Under the pieces are notes generated by a model. It was not told the origin of the DNA and did not search any database. It saw only the letters and a list, made by a program, of their open reading frames with translations. This document shows positions 38,505 to 48,503 of a stretch of 64,000 nucleotides of DNA, piece after piece. Positions within the stretch are counted from its first letter, which is position 1; each line of letters begins with the position of its first letter. The DNA comes from a candidate division WOR-3 bacterium (GTDB lineage Bacteria > Hydrothermota > 32-111): positions 672,001 to 736,000 of the forward strand of contig JBDRZU010000001.1 of NCBI GenBank assembly GCA_039804105.1. The letters run 5' to 3'. The position numbers were made by a program, and so were the translations under genes.

Positions 38505-39932
38505 TCAGGATTTTAATATATCAGATTCAAGAACTTTTGTCAAGCGTTTGAGAACCTCATCTTTTCCGAAAATTTCCATCATCAAGAACAACGATGGGCC
38601 TTCAGTTCTCCCTGAAAGTGCAACTCTTGTTGGATGAATTATATCACCACCTTTTATTCCCGTTTTTTCAACATAATTTTTAAAAACTCTTTCAATCTCA
38701 TGTTCTGTGAAACTTTCAAGAATTTTTAATTCATCGATTAAAACTCTTAAATGTTTCAACTTTTCTTCAACAAAATGTTTCTCAACTCCTTTTTTATCAT
38801 ACTCTTTTATATCTTTGAAAAAAAACTCTGTTAAATATGGAAAATCTTTCAAATATCGTGCCTTTTCCTTTACACTATAAACTATCTTTAAAATCTTTTC
38901 CTTATCAAACTTTTCAAGATCTATTCCATAATCTTTATAAAAAGGTTTTACAAGTTCATATAGTTTTTCATCTGAACTATTTGTGATATACTTTGAGTTC
39001 ATCCATTCAAGTTTTTTATAGTCAAATACTCCACCTTTTTTTGCAACTCTATCAAAAGAAAATAGTTCAATCATCTCATCAATCGTTAATATCTCCCTGT
39101 TATCACCAGGGCTCCAACCGATCAAAGCAATAAAGTTTACAAATGCTTCAGGAAGAACACCCATATCCCTGAAAGCGAGAACTGAAACGGTTCCAGACCT
39201 CTTAGAAAGTTTTGCTTTGTTTTCATCGAGTATCAAGGGTAGATGTGCAAATTCTGGAGGTTTCACACCGAGTAATCTATATATATGTATCTGTTTAAAA
39301 GTGTTTGATATATGGTCATCACCTCTTATCACATGAGTAATCCCCATCCTGTAATCATCAATCACAACTGCAAAATTGTAAACTGGTGTATTATCACTTC
39401 TGACTATAATAAAATCCTCTATTTCGCTGTTATCCTTTTCTATCCTGCCATGGATCAGATCATCAAAATATGTCTTACCTTCAGGGATAAAAACTCTCCA
39501 GACATAAGGTTTTTTTTCTCTAAGATTTTTTTCTATCTCTTCCTTTGAAAGGTTAAGACATTTTCTATCATATTTCCACGCTTTCTTCTGCGCAATAACC
39601 TGATTTTTTCTTTCTTCCAACTCTTCAGGGGTGCAAAAACATCTATATATCCCTCCACTCTTTTCAAGTTGTGGAATATGATCTATATAATGTGAAAAAT
39701 AGTCTGACTGAAAAAATGGACCCTCATCATAATTAAGTCCAAGCCATTTCAGTCCTTCTATGATTATCTCTGTCATCTCTTTCGATGACCTTTCAACATC
39801 AGTATCCTCAATTCTTAATATAAACTTACCTTTATTTTTCCTTGCGAAAAGATAATTATAAAGTGCTGTTCTTGCTGTTCCAACATGGAGATAACCTGTT
39901 GGACTTGGTGCTATTCTAACTCTTACTGTCAT
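38505..39932 (-). CDS. gltX: glutamate--tRNA ligase
   Basis: 'RIAPSPTGYLHVG', 'RIEDTD', 'RGDDH', 'KLSKR'. Start set at ATG 39932. Confidence 0.97.
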   Translation of the reverse strand: MTVRVRIAPSPTGYLHVGTARTALYNYLFARKNKGKFILRIEDTDVERSSKEMTEIIIEGLKWLGLNYDEGPFFQSDYFSHYIDHIPQLEKSGGIYRCFCTPEELEERKNQVIAQKKAWKYDRKCLNLSKEEIEKNLREKKPYVWRVFIPEGKTYFDDLIHGRIEKDNSEIEDFIIVRSDNTPVYNFAVVIDDYRMGITHVIRGDDHISNTFKQIHIYRLLGVKPPEFAHLPLILDENKAKLSKRSGTVSVLAFRDMGVLPEAFVNFIALIGWSPGDNREILTIDEMIELFSFDRVAKKGGVFDYKKLEWMNSKYITNSSDEKLYELVKPFYKDYGIDLEKFDKEKILKIVYSVKEKARYLKDFPYLTEFFFKDIKEYDKKGVEKHFVEEKLKHLRVLIDELKILESFTEHEIERVFKNYVEKTGIKGGDIIHPTRVALSGRTEGPSLFLMMEIFGKDEVLKRLTKVLESDILKS

Positions 39933-41415
39933 TTTGCCTCCGTGCAATCTTTATATATACAAAAAGAATGAAAAGATAGATTAAAATTTTTCCAGCAATA
40001 TTATCAGAATAAACAAAAAATGTCAACCTATCGTTTAATCTAACAGTTTCCGTCTTGACCTCTTTTTTTCCAATAGCACTTTTCCAGATTATGTTTCCAT
40101 ACCAATCTATTACACCAGAAATTCCAGGATTTGAAACTCTTACAAGGTATCTTCTGTTTTCGACCGATCTTAAAATACCAGAATAAAAATGTTGTTTTAA
40201 ACCATCACCTTTAATAAACCAGATATCCTCAGAAACATTTATCAGAAACTGTGCACCATTTTTTGAAAAACCTGAAACGAATTTTGGAAAGATCGATTCA
40301 AAACAAATATATCCAGAAAACTTTTTTCCATCATAAGCAAAAACTTTTTGAGTTTCTCCTGGAGAATATTCACCCTGTCCATAATCAAGTTTTTTTATCA
40401 AAGAAACTTTATCATCATAAGGTAAATGTTCGACAAAGGGAACAAGTCGTATTTTATCATAGTATTCTATTGAAGAATCAGGTTTAAAAAGGAAAATTGA
40501 ATTATAGTACTTGTCATCCTCTTGAGATTCCCTTATCGCTCCAATAAAAATAAATCTTTTGTTTGCAGATGAAAAATCTTTTAAGTATCTTCTAAAAGGT
40601 GATTCGTATGAAAAGAATATCGGTGAAGATGTTTCGGGAAAAACCAATATTTCACCATCATCCTGTAACGATAATTCAAGGAGTTCTTTTATCATATTGA
40701 CTCTGTAATCGACAAAATCTCTGTATGACTCTTTCATATAACCTTCAAGGTTTGGCTGTATCAGAGTTATTCTTGGTTTCTTATCTTTTGTTGAAAAATC
40801 TTTCTTCAAAGAATATATTCCATAATAAAAGATGAAAAGGAAAAAAATTATAAAGATCAAAAGATAGAGTTTTACATTTTTTCTATCAGCAAAACTTTTA
40901 TACATCAAAACTGCGTAAAGAATTACAAAAAATGTTATAAGGTATGAACCACCGATATCTGCTGTTTGGATAAAAAGAGGATATTTTACAAGAGAAACTG
41001 AGGGAAACAACCATATAAAAGAAAAATCTCTTGTTGAACTCATCAAAATCTCTATTACAGAATAAGCAATCGGAATCACAAAGATTTCAAAATTTTCTAT
41101 AGAAAAAACAAAGAATGGTATCGAGAAAAGAAAAGCATAAAGTGCTGAAAGAAAAAACCAACCAAAAAATAAAAGAACTTTCTGAAGACCTGTAAGATCA
41201 ACATTCAGATTCAAAATCCATAAAAGTGTTAATAACCAGTAAATAAAAAAAATCAAAAATATTATTTTTTTTCTGTTCTTTTTAAAAAGTGAAATTGTAA
41301 AAATAATCAAAGCAAAAAATGGAATATAGAGAAAACCAAAATCTATAAATTTGAGAGAAAGATATAGAAAAAATGGTGATAAAACAATAAGAAAAAATTT
41401 AACAAAAATAAACAT
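39916..41415 (-). CDS. lnt: apolipoprotein N-acyltransferase
   Basis: TM N-terminus; nitrilase triad 'FPET', 'YDK..LVPF.E', 'ICFE'; 'RSVEN'. Confidence 0.93.
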   Translation of the reverse strand: MFIFVKFFLIVLSPFFLYLSLKFIDFGFLYIPFFALIIFTISLFKKNRKKIIFLIFFIYWLLTLLWILNLNVDLTGLQKVLLFFGWFFLSALYAFLFSIPFFVFSIENFEIFVIPIAYSVIEILMSSTRDFSFIWLFPSVSLVKYPLFIQTADIGGSYLITFFVILYAVLMYKSFADRKNVKLYLLIFIIFFLFIFYYGIYSLKKDFSTKDKKPRITLIQPNLEGYMKESYRDFVDYRVNMIKELLELSLQDDGEILVFPETSSPIFFSYESPFRRYLKDFSSANKRFIFIGAIRESQEDDKYYNSIFLFKPDSSIEYYDKIRLVPFVEHLPYDDKVSLIKKLDYGQGEYSPGETQKVFAYDGKKFSGYICFESIFPKFVSGFSKNGAQFLINVSEDIWFIKGDGLKQHFYSGILRSVENRRYLVRVSNPGISGVIDWYGNIIWKSAIGKKEVKTETVRLNDRLTFFVYSDNIAGKILIYLFILFVYIKIARRQNDSKS

Positions 41416-42010
41416 TTCTATTTTCTACTTTCCATTTTGAAAATAACAATTTTTTCATAACCTCAAAATAGAGTTGATGTTCTTTTTCAAGAATTTTTTT
41501 CGAAACATCTTCAACACTTTTTGCATCAGAAATATCAACACACATCTGTGCTATTATCGGTCCCGTATCAACACCTCTATCAACAAAGTGAACAGTACAT
41601 CCTGAAATTTTTACACCGTATTCAAATGCCTGCTTCTGTGCATCCTTCCCTTTGAATGAAGGTAGAAGAGAAGGATGTATGTTTACAATTTTCAAATAAT
41701 ATTTTTCAACTATTTTTATAGGGATTATTCTCATAAAGCCCGCAAGGAGAATAAGATCTGGAGAAAAATCTTCAAGTATCTCTAAAAGTTCAACTTCTCC
41801 CTCATCTTCAATTTTCCATCCTTTTTTAAGATTTTTTAAAACTTTCGTTTTAACATCAAACTTTTCTGCCTTTTTCAAACCTTCTGCATCAGGATTATCT
41901 GATATTACAAGAAAATCTATCTGAAGTTTTTCTTCAAAAGATTTTACAAGAAGGGACTCCATATTGGAGCCCCTTCCAGATATAAGTATTGCAACTCTTT
42001 TATTCATCAC
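41399..42010 (-). CDS. purN: phosphoribosylglycinamide formyltransferase
   Basis: 'ISGRGSN', 'LAGFM', 'NIHPSLLP', 'GCTVHFV..GVDTG'. Confidence 0.96.
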   Translation of the reverse strand: MMNKRVAILISGRGSNMESLLVKSFEEKLQIDFLVISDNPDAEGLKKAEKFDVKTKVLKNLKKGWKIEDEGEVELLEILEDFSPDLILLAGFMRIIPIKIVEKYYLKIVNIHPSLLPSFKGKDAQKQAFEYGVKISGCTVHFVDRGVDTGPIIAQMCVDISDAKSVEDVSKKILEKEHQLYFEVMKKLLFSKWKVENRNVYFC

Positions 42011-44526
42011 TCACCCTGCAGGACTTTAAATTCCACTCTTCTATTTTTCTGATAATCCTCTTCGTTCTTTTCAGGGAATACGATGGGTTTATCCTCTCCA
42101 AAACCTATCGCTATTATCCTCTTTGGATCAATCTTGTGAACACTGATAAGATAATTCCTTACAGATTCTGCTCTTGCCTGTGAAAGTTTTTTGTTGTATG
42201 AGTTCGAACCTCTTGAATCTGTATGTCCACTTATCTCAACCTTTATAGATGGATTCTCTTTCATTATCAAAGCGAGTGAATCACAAACAGGATACGATTC
42301 AGGTCTTAAAGTTGCTTTGTTAAGATCAAAGAGAATATTGTTGAATACAAACACCATCTTCTCTTTCAAAAGCCCAACCTCAAGTGTTGAAAGAACTCCT
42401 CCCTTGATTTCAACATTGAATTTATCCTGCTTGATATATTTTGGTGGTATCGGATCTATTTTAATATTATAGAACCCTTTCTTAATAGCCTTCGAAGTAT
42501 CCATCCCTATATCACCTGTTATGAATGAATCAACAACGGTTTTCATATCGAGTGTGTAGATTTTTATGGTTGAGTTAACAGGTTCAAGTGTTGTCGCATT
42601 GAAAGTTTTTACAACAAGTTTTCCATGAGTTGGGAACATTTCAACGATCTGTTTATAGTCCTTTCCTCTTTCAACATCTATTGTAAACACAACATCATCT
42701 CTACCACTTGATTTCACGGTAACAGCATGTGTCCCCTCATCAAGTCGTTTTGTTACGATTCCAAGTGTATCAGTGTAAAGTGTATCGTTATCAGTAAAGA
42801 TAACCTGAGCGTTCTCTATCGGTTTTTTCGTGATTCCGCTGATAACCTCAACTACAAGTGTTCCCATCGATGGATTCATCTTATATATCCTGTTAACCTT
42901 TCCATTCGCTTTCAAAAAGAATGAATCGATGATCGTATCATACTTATCCGCTGTAACTAAAACTTTAAGATTTGTTTTTGGGAAATATTTTCTAAATTTA
43001 CCAAGAGAGTCAGAATAGAACGAATCTTTTTTATTCATCGGATTATCCTGTATAACCTCAATCTTTGCAATAAGAGGTTTTTCTGTTATAGAATCTATGA
43101 TCGTTCCAGAAAAAACTGAGATTATGTTGGAATGTGCTGCTGCGTTCATGTTAAGATGTGCACCTTTTGTATAGTAAATCAAGCCATGATCCTGTGAAAT
43201 TGAAAGATCTGATGTAAAATTACCGAAGTTAAAACCAAGTCCAGCATTGAATCTAAATGTCTCCCTTCCACCCAAAGTTACCATACTTTCGAGTAAAAGG
43301 AAATGGAATGCTGTATACTGCATACCTAAACTTAATTTTGGTCTTTTTGTTGAAAATGATGTCTCTTTAAAACCCTGGGTGTATCTTGCAAAAATGTTGA
43401 ACGGCTGGTATCTTGCCGAATACGATACACCAACATTTATCTGTGGTTCAAGAAAAGTTGTTAGATCACTTCCGTTATAAACAAGAGAATCACCAAGAAG
43501 TGAACTGATTATAGAATCAGATTTTTGATCATCTGGAATCGTTGAGTCAGAATTTATCGTCGTTATAACTCTATGAAGATTAATAACATTTAAAGAATCT
43601 GTTGCCATAAAGAAAGTGTATCTTCTCGCTCCATATTTCCAGAATATTCTTGATATAAGATGTTCCCAGGAAAATTCAACCATCCATTTATCATCGATAT
43701 TCCATGAAACTCCACCTGTTAAATCGAACCCATGTCCAGGAAGATTTGAAAAACCTGGGCTTATATTACCAATAAAATTTGAAATATTATCAAATCCCGT
43801 AATCTGGTCTGTTGAAAAAGGAATCGCATAATCGAGGTTCATCCTTGTGACAACTCTTAAAAAACTTGAGTCTGACTCAAAATAAAATGAATCAGCGTAA
43901 AGATTAAAATAGGAAACTCCAGCAAGATAAGATAAAGAAAGACCGAAATTCAATCTTCCATTATTTTCAAGATCAACTCCCCCACCAAGACCGAATCCAA
44001 ACTGACCCAAAACCTGAGTTTCAAATTTCAAATCTTTGAAATCATAAGTTGAATCAAACTGGTTTCCATAAAGCATTATATCAAAAAAAGCATCAGGTAT
44101 CTGTAAAGAAGAACCTTGTTTAACATCAAATCCAAAACCAAAAAGTCCTATTTTAAAACCAAATAATGGGAGTCCCATCCTGAGATATTGATCAAGCAAA
44201 AAGTAAGGACCTATATAATGTAGAATCGCTTGTTTTTTCTCTTCATTTATAGTATCTATTGGAAAAGAATCAATCGGCGCTGTTGCTGAATTGTTGAAAA
44301 GGTATGCAAGGAAGGAATATGATATGAGATTGTTCGTCAGACCTGTGTTCAACCTTAAAAGTTCCCATGAATACCAGGGAGTATCTGTTCTTCCTAAAAA
44401 TGAAGGGTTATAGAAAAGCGAAGTATATCCTGTATTCAAAGGTGAATTCATATACCTGTAGTCATAATCAGCAAAAATGTATGTTATCGATAAAAGTATG
44501 ATGAACATTAAAAATATCTTTTTCAT
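42007..44526 (-). CDS. outer-membrane beta-barrel (DUF5723-like) fused to Ig-like repeats and C-terminal OmpA peptidoglycan-binding domain
   Basis: Signal peptide, 'LFYNPS.LG', beta-rich region, repeated 'D..T..PI.A', and 'ILFD..KATL', 'GHTD.RG', 'LS..RA', 'NRRVEF'. Start set at ATG 44526. Confidence 0.75.
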   Translation of the reverse strand: MKKIFLMFIILLSITYIFADYDYRYMNSPLNTGYTSLFYNPSFLGRTDTPWYSWELLRLNTGLTNNLISYSFLAYLFNNSATAPIDSFPIDTINEEKKQAILHYIGPYFLLDQYLRMGLPLFGFKIGLFGFGFDVKQGSSLQIPDAFFDIMLYGNQFDSTYDFKDLKFETQVLGQFGFGLGGGVDLENNGRLNFGLSLSYLAGVSYFNLYADSFYFESDSSFLRVVTRMNLDYAIPFSTDQITGFDNISNFIGNISPGFSNLPGHGFDLTGGVSWNIDDKWMVEFSWEHLISRIFWKYGARRYTFFMATDSLNVINLHRVITTINSDSTIPDDQKSDSIISSLLGDSLVYNGSDLTTFLEPQINVGVSYSARYQPFNIFARYTQGFKETSFSTKRPKLSLGMQYTAFHFLLLESMVTLGGRETFRFNAGLGFNFGNFTSDLSISQDHGLIYYTKGAHLNMNAAAHSNIISVFSGTIIDSITEKPLIAKIEVIQDNPMNKKDSFYSDSLGKFRKYFPKTNLKVLVTADKYDTIIDSFFLKANGKVNRIYKMNPSMGTLVVEVISGITKKPIENAQVIFTDNDTLYTDTLGIVTKRLDEGTHAVTVKSSGRDDVVFTIDVERGKDYKQIVEMFPTHGKLVVKTFNATTLEPVNSTIKIYTLDMKTVVDSFITGDIGMDTSKAIKKGFYNIKIDPIPPKYIKQDKFNVEIKGGVLSTLEVGLLKEKMVFVFNNILFDLNKATLRPESYPVCDSLALIMKENPSIKVEISGHTDSRGSNSYNKKLSQARAESVRNYLISVHKIDPKRIIAIGFGEDKPIVFPEKNEEDYQKNRRVEFKVLQGE

Positions 44527-44527
44527 T

Positions 44528-45583
44528 TCATTCTCCATTTGGCAAAAAGTATGGATCAAAATCCATATTCATCTGTAAAGCACCTTTTACTCTTATAAAA
44601 TCAGCAGGAGTAACAAAAACATCGATATCTGTAGGTGCGGGAATTTCAAATCTTCCTTTAAATTTGAATGTTGAATATCTGAACAAACTATCAAGTTCAT
44701 GTGTTATATCAATGTTGAGGTTACTGTAAACTCCTGTGCCTGTTGCCCTTCCAATACTATCTTTTGGTGTTTGAGCAAGCAAAAATGTATCTGAAAAAAC
44801 AATGTTTCCAACTGAATCGTATAATAACAGAATAAAATTTGAACTTATTGGTAGTCTATTCCATATATCAAGATTTAATCTGACCCAATTTATCATATTC
44901 AAAGGTGACGACTCTGGTGGCGCAAATGGTAATGTCTGCTCTTTTACTACAGTCATAACTCTATCACCTGTGAGTTTTGCCTGAAATGCGATCATTGAAT
45001 ATGCTTCAAGAGAATCAACAAAAGTTTGCCCTGAATCGATCTGCACCTCTATTTCATGGTAATAATCTCCAATCGGGAAATCATCAACTGAATATGTATA
45101 TAAAGTATCAAGGAAAGATCTTTGGTTGAAAAACACCTCAACTGTATCAAGATATATAAGTCGTCCACTCGAATACATTCTGTGTATCAATCTTCCACCA
45201 GTTGTAAATGGCACTTTCCCCCAGAATCTTACAAAGTTATGGACTTTGTTTATCGTTGAGGTGAAATATGTTGAATCTCTTGAGGTATCTATCCATTCCT
45301 CAGGCAACAATTCTTCAATGTTTATACTAATTTTGATTGTATCACTTTTGCCATTGAGATGAGCTGCGTTGATCCATTTTTCTCTTTGTGTATATCCAAA
45401 AACAGTATCTCCTTTTATAGAAATTCGTTCAGGATGATCAAGTGCAACTTCAAGAACGGTCATCAAAGTATCACCTATTGGAAGAGAATAAGTCAAATTC
45501 TCAACAACAGGTGGTTTTTTGGGAAGTGGGATTGAACAGGAAATAAAAAGAAATATTAAAAAACAAAACAATATTTTTTTCAT
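44528..45583 (-). CDS. beta-rich lipoprotein of unknown function
   Basis: ATG 45583 after GGAGGTG; lipobox FISC. Confidence 0.75.
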   Translation of the reverse strand: MKKILFCFLIFLFISCSIPLPKKPPVVENLTYSLPIGDTLMTVLEVALDHPERISIKGDTVFGYTQREKWINAAHLNGKSDTIKISINIEELLPEEWIDTSRDSTYFTSTINKVHNFVRFWGKVPFTTGGRLIHRMYSSGRLIYLDTVEVFFNQRSFLDTLYTYSVDDFPIGDYYHEIEVQIDSGQTFVDSLEAYSMIAFQAKLTGDRVMTVVKEQTLPFAPPESSPLNMINWVRLNLDIWNRLPISSNFILLLYDSVGNIVFSDTFLLAQTPKDSIGRATGTGVYSNLNIDITHELDSLFRYSTFKFKGRFEIPAPTDIDVFVTPADFIRVKGALQMNMDFDPYFLPNGE

Positions 45584-45605
45584 TTCACCTCCAGACATTT
45601 TAATT

Positions 45606-45634
45606 ATTTTATTCTCTTTTATAAAATCAGTCAA
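45606..45634 (-). promoter_or_regulatory. possible promoter TTGACT-N17-TAAAAT
   Basis: Lies in the intergenic gap upstream of the lipoprotein RBS. Confidence 0.45.
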
Positions 45635-45643
45635 TAAAAAGAA

Positions 45644-46453
45644 TCAATGTCTTTTTTCAAATAAAATGATTGTATAATCAATTATGAAATTTAAAAGTTT
45701 GAAGATAAGATAAAAAGAAAATGAAAATGTAAAAATTTCAAAAAAAGAGAAGGGATACAAAAGCGTCACTTTCCTTAAAAATATACCAGAGAATGAACAA
45801 ACAAGAAAAGATATTAAAATATCATAATAAAGATATTCAGCACCTTTTTTTATAGAATAGATTATCCTTGGTATTACCATAAAGGGTAAACATAGAAAAA
45901 AATATCCATGCATATATGAGAATATGAAAAGGAAAATTTTTTCAATCTCCTCAATATAGTAATAATATTTGTCTTTTACAACTTTAATCCTCAAAATACC
46001 ATACAAACTTCTGATAAGATATTTTAAAAAATAAAGAATGAAAATAAGACCTATCATAAGATAGATCATTTTAAAAACAAAACCATTTTTATACTTTTGG
46101 AGAATAAAAAAATTTGATAGAGCAGAAAGAAACAAAATAACAAAAAAATGGAACAACTGATCAAGTATAAAATTTATTCCATTATCAAGATTATTTTTAC
46201 TTTTCAAAAGATCAATAAAGTAATGGGAAAAAAATGTAAAAAGAGAAAATAGTGTTGAGAAAAAAAAATTTTTTGAAAACAAGAAAAGTGAAACAAAAGT
46301 TGGTAAAAGAATAAAAAAAGAATGTAGAAATAAACCAATCTTACTCTTTATTTTGAGACGAAATATTTGATCAGTTTGAAAAATAAAGTCACCCAAAAGG
46401 TGACCCAACAAAAGAATTGTAATTATATCAACATCAGGAATAAAACTATTCAT
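45644..46453 (-). CDS. DUF3307 family membrane protein
   Basis: 'GHLLGDF.FQ', 'LFLH', 'HYFID..K', 'F.LDQ.FH'. Confidence 0.85.
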   Translation of the reverse strand: MNSFIPDVDIITILLLGHLLGDFIFQTDQIFRLKIKSKIGLFLHSFFILLPTFVSLFLFSKNFFFSTLFSLFTFFSHYFIDLLKSKNNLDNGINFILDQLFHFFVILFLSALSNFFILQKYKNGFVFKMIYLMIGLIFILYFLKYLIRSLYGILRIKVVKDKYYYYIEEIEKIFLFIFSYMHGYFFLCLPFMVIPRIIYSIKKGAEYLYYDILISFLVCSFSGIFLRKVTLLYPFSFFEIFTFSFSFYLIFKLLNFIIDYTIILFEKRH

Positions 46454-46892
46454 CCTTTACAACCGAAAGGTTTAATACCCCTATAACCTCCGGATGTAAT
46501 TTTATATTCACTGTATAATCACCCAACCTCTTTATAGGTTCATCAAGCAAAACCGCATGTTCATCTATTTTGATCCCTTTTGCTTCCAATTCCTCACAGA
46601 TCAATTTTTTTGAAACTGAACCATAAAGAGTATCATCATCATGAACTTTTTGTTTTATGGTTAAAGTTATCGAGGAAAGTTTATCTTTTGCTTGAAGTGC
46701 TATCTCTTTATTTTTCAATTCTTTCTGTTCATATTTTATCTTTTCCTGTTGAAACCTTTTCAGATTGTTTTCAGAATACTCATAAGCGAGTTTGTTTGGT
46801 ATCAAATAGTTTCTTGCAAATCCATCCTTTACATTTACAACATCACCTCTTTTACCAAGATTTTGAACATTTTCTCTCAATATAACTTTCAT
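46446..46892 (-). CDS. rplI: 50S ribosomal protein L9
   Basis: 'MKVIL..V.NLG..GD.V.VKDGFARNYL.P', 'LYGSV', 'LHPEV'. Confidence 0.97.
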   Translation of the reverse strand: MKVILRENVQNLGKRGDVVNVKDGFARNYLIPNKLAYEYSENNLKRFQQEKIKYEQKELKNKEIALQAKDKLSSITLTIKQKVHDDDTLYGSVSKKLICEELEAKGIKIDEHAVLLDEPIKRLGDYTVNIKLHPEVIGVLNLSVVKDE

Positions 46893-46901
46893 ACACGACT
46901 C

Positions 46902-47171
46902 CTATCTCATATTTTCATCAACATATGGAAGAAGTGCCATCTGTCGTGCAGTTTTTATCGCTCTTGCGACCTCTTTTTGATGTTTTTCACAAAGTCCGGT
47001 AGCTTTTCTTGGCAATATTTTTCCTCTATCGTTTATAAATTTTGATAAGAACTGGATATTTTTATAATCTATTTTTTCTTTTCTGGTACAAAGCTTACAA
47101 ACTTTTACCTTTTTTGCACCATTTCTTGAATCTGAAGAACCGTTGTTCTCTTTAGAATGGAATGGACTCAT
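46902..47171 (-). CDS. rpsR: 30S ribosomal protein S18 (Zn-binding C+ form)
   Basis: 'CKLC..IDYK...GKILPR..TG.C.KHQ...AIK.AR..ALLP'. Start set at ATG 47171 after GGAGGT. Confidence 0.96.
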   Translation of the reverse strand: MSPFHSKENNGSSDSRNGAKKVKVCKLCTRKEKIDYKNIQFLSKFINDRGKILPRKATGLCEKHQKEVARAIKTARQMALLPYVDENMR

Positions 47172-47628
47172 CAGTACCTCCGTTTTCAATTTCTTCTATT
47201 TCATTAAAATCTTTTTCTACATCATCTATTATCTTATCATAGGAAACATCATTAACTTCACCTTCAAGGTCAGAAACTTCTCTTGATAAAAAGTAGATCT
47301 TTGTTGCTCTGATCTGAAAGGAAACCTTTTTTTCATGTGTTCTCTTATCCTCATAATTGTTCGCTTCAAGAGATCCTTCGACTATCACAGGTGTTCCAGT
47401 TTTCAATCTCTTTTCAAGATTATCTTCAAATTTTGTAAAATATGATACACTGATAAAAAGTGGATTATCTTTCCATTCTCCATTTTTGTCCTTATATCTT
47501 CTTGAAGATGCAAGACGAAAACCAATTACACCGGTATTATCTGATGTGTACCTTTTCTCAGCATCCTTTGTTACTCTTCCAGCGATAATGATTCTATTTA
47601 GATTCGGAAGGTTTATTTTTTCACCCAT
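47152..47628 (-). CDS. ssb: single-stranded DNA-binding protein
   Basis: 'LNRIIIAGRVTKD.E.RYT', 'VEGSL', acidic tail ending IPF; lies between rpsF and rpsR. Confidence 0.95.
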   Translation of the reverse strand: MGEKINLPNLNRIIIAGRVTKDAEKRYTSDNTGVIGFRLASSRRYKDKNGEWKDNPLFISVSYFTKFEDNLEKRLKTGTPVIVEGSLEANNYEDKRTHEKKVSFQIRATKIYFLSREVSDLEGEVNDVSYDKIIDDVEKDFNEIEEIENGGTDESIPF

Positions 47629-47925
47629 TTATACCTTCACTTCATCATTCTTTTTAATCATATATCTCCATATTGTTTCATCAAGTTTTATTTCTCTTCT
47701 GAGTTCCTCAACTTTCAATGGATCGAGGTTAAAGTTTATCAAAATAAAATGCCCTTGAGCAGTTTTGTTTATTTCGTATGTAAGTTTTTCAATACCTTTA
47801 TCCTCTACATTTTCAACTTTACCTGCAAGTTCCTCAATCCATTTTTTAAAACTGGAAATCCTTTCTTCAAGAACTTCCTTAGATAATGTAGGATCATAGA
47901 TGATCAAAATTTCATAGTTAACCAA
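47629..47925 (-). CDS. rpsF: 30S ribosomal protein S6
   Basis: 'YE..II.DP', 'G..KL.YEI.K...G', TTG start after GGAGG. Confidence 0.93.
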   Translation of the reverse strand: MVNYEILIIYDPTLSKEVLEERISSFKKWIEELAGKVENVEDKGIEKLTYEINKTAQGHFILINFNLDPLKVEELRREIKLDETIWRYMIKKNDEVKV

Positions 47926-47937
47926 AATTTCCTCCTG

Positions 47938-48494
47938 TTATTTTTCTTCTTTTTTATTAATTATACTCATAGATTTTTCAAATCCATTTTCAACTATTGT
48001 GTAAATATGTTCTATTCCTTTTTCTAGAACTTTATTGTAATCATCTTCTTTCATTTTTCCTAAAACAAAATCTTTATCCTTCTTTTCTTCAAACTCTCCG
48101 ATGCCAACTCTTAACCTCGCAAAATTTTCAGTTCCAAGATGGTATATTATTGACTTTAATCCATTGTGACCACCATCTGAACCTGATAATCTTAACCTAA
48201 AAGTGAAGAGTGATATATTAAAATCATCAACAATTATAAGAAGATTTTTTAAATCGATCTTATAATAGTTTAAAAACTCTACAACAGCGATTCCACTCTC
48301 ATTCATATAAGTTGTTGGAACGACTAAAAATAACCCATCTTTCAAAGAACATTCAGAAAAAAAAAGTGCCCTTTACCTGTTTTAAATTTCAACTGCTCTT
48401 TTTTAGCAAAACCAATAATGATTTCTTTTCCTATATTGTGCCTTGTCTTTTCATAAATTTTATCAGGATTTCCGAGACCAACAAGAGCAAACAT
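47938..48494 (-). CDS. pth: peptidyl-tRNA hydrolase, split by a frameshift in a T9 run (48357-48365)
   Basis: 5' frame from ATG 48494 reads MFALVGLGNPDKIYEKTRHNIG... and stops at 48342. The 3' frame has PTTYMNESG, DD, GGHNGLKS, RLRVGIG. One extra T joins them. Confidence 0.9.
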
Positions 48495-48503
48495 ATAACC
48501 CCA

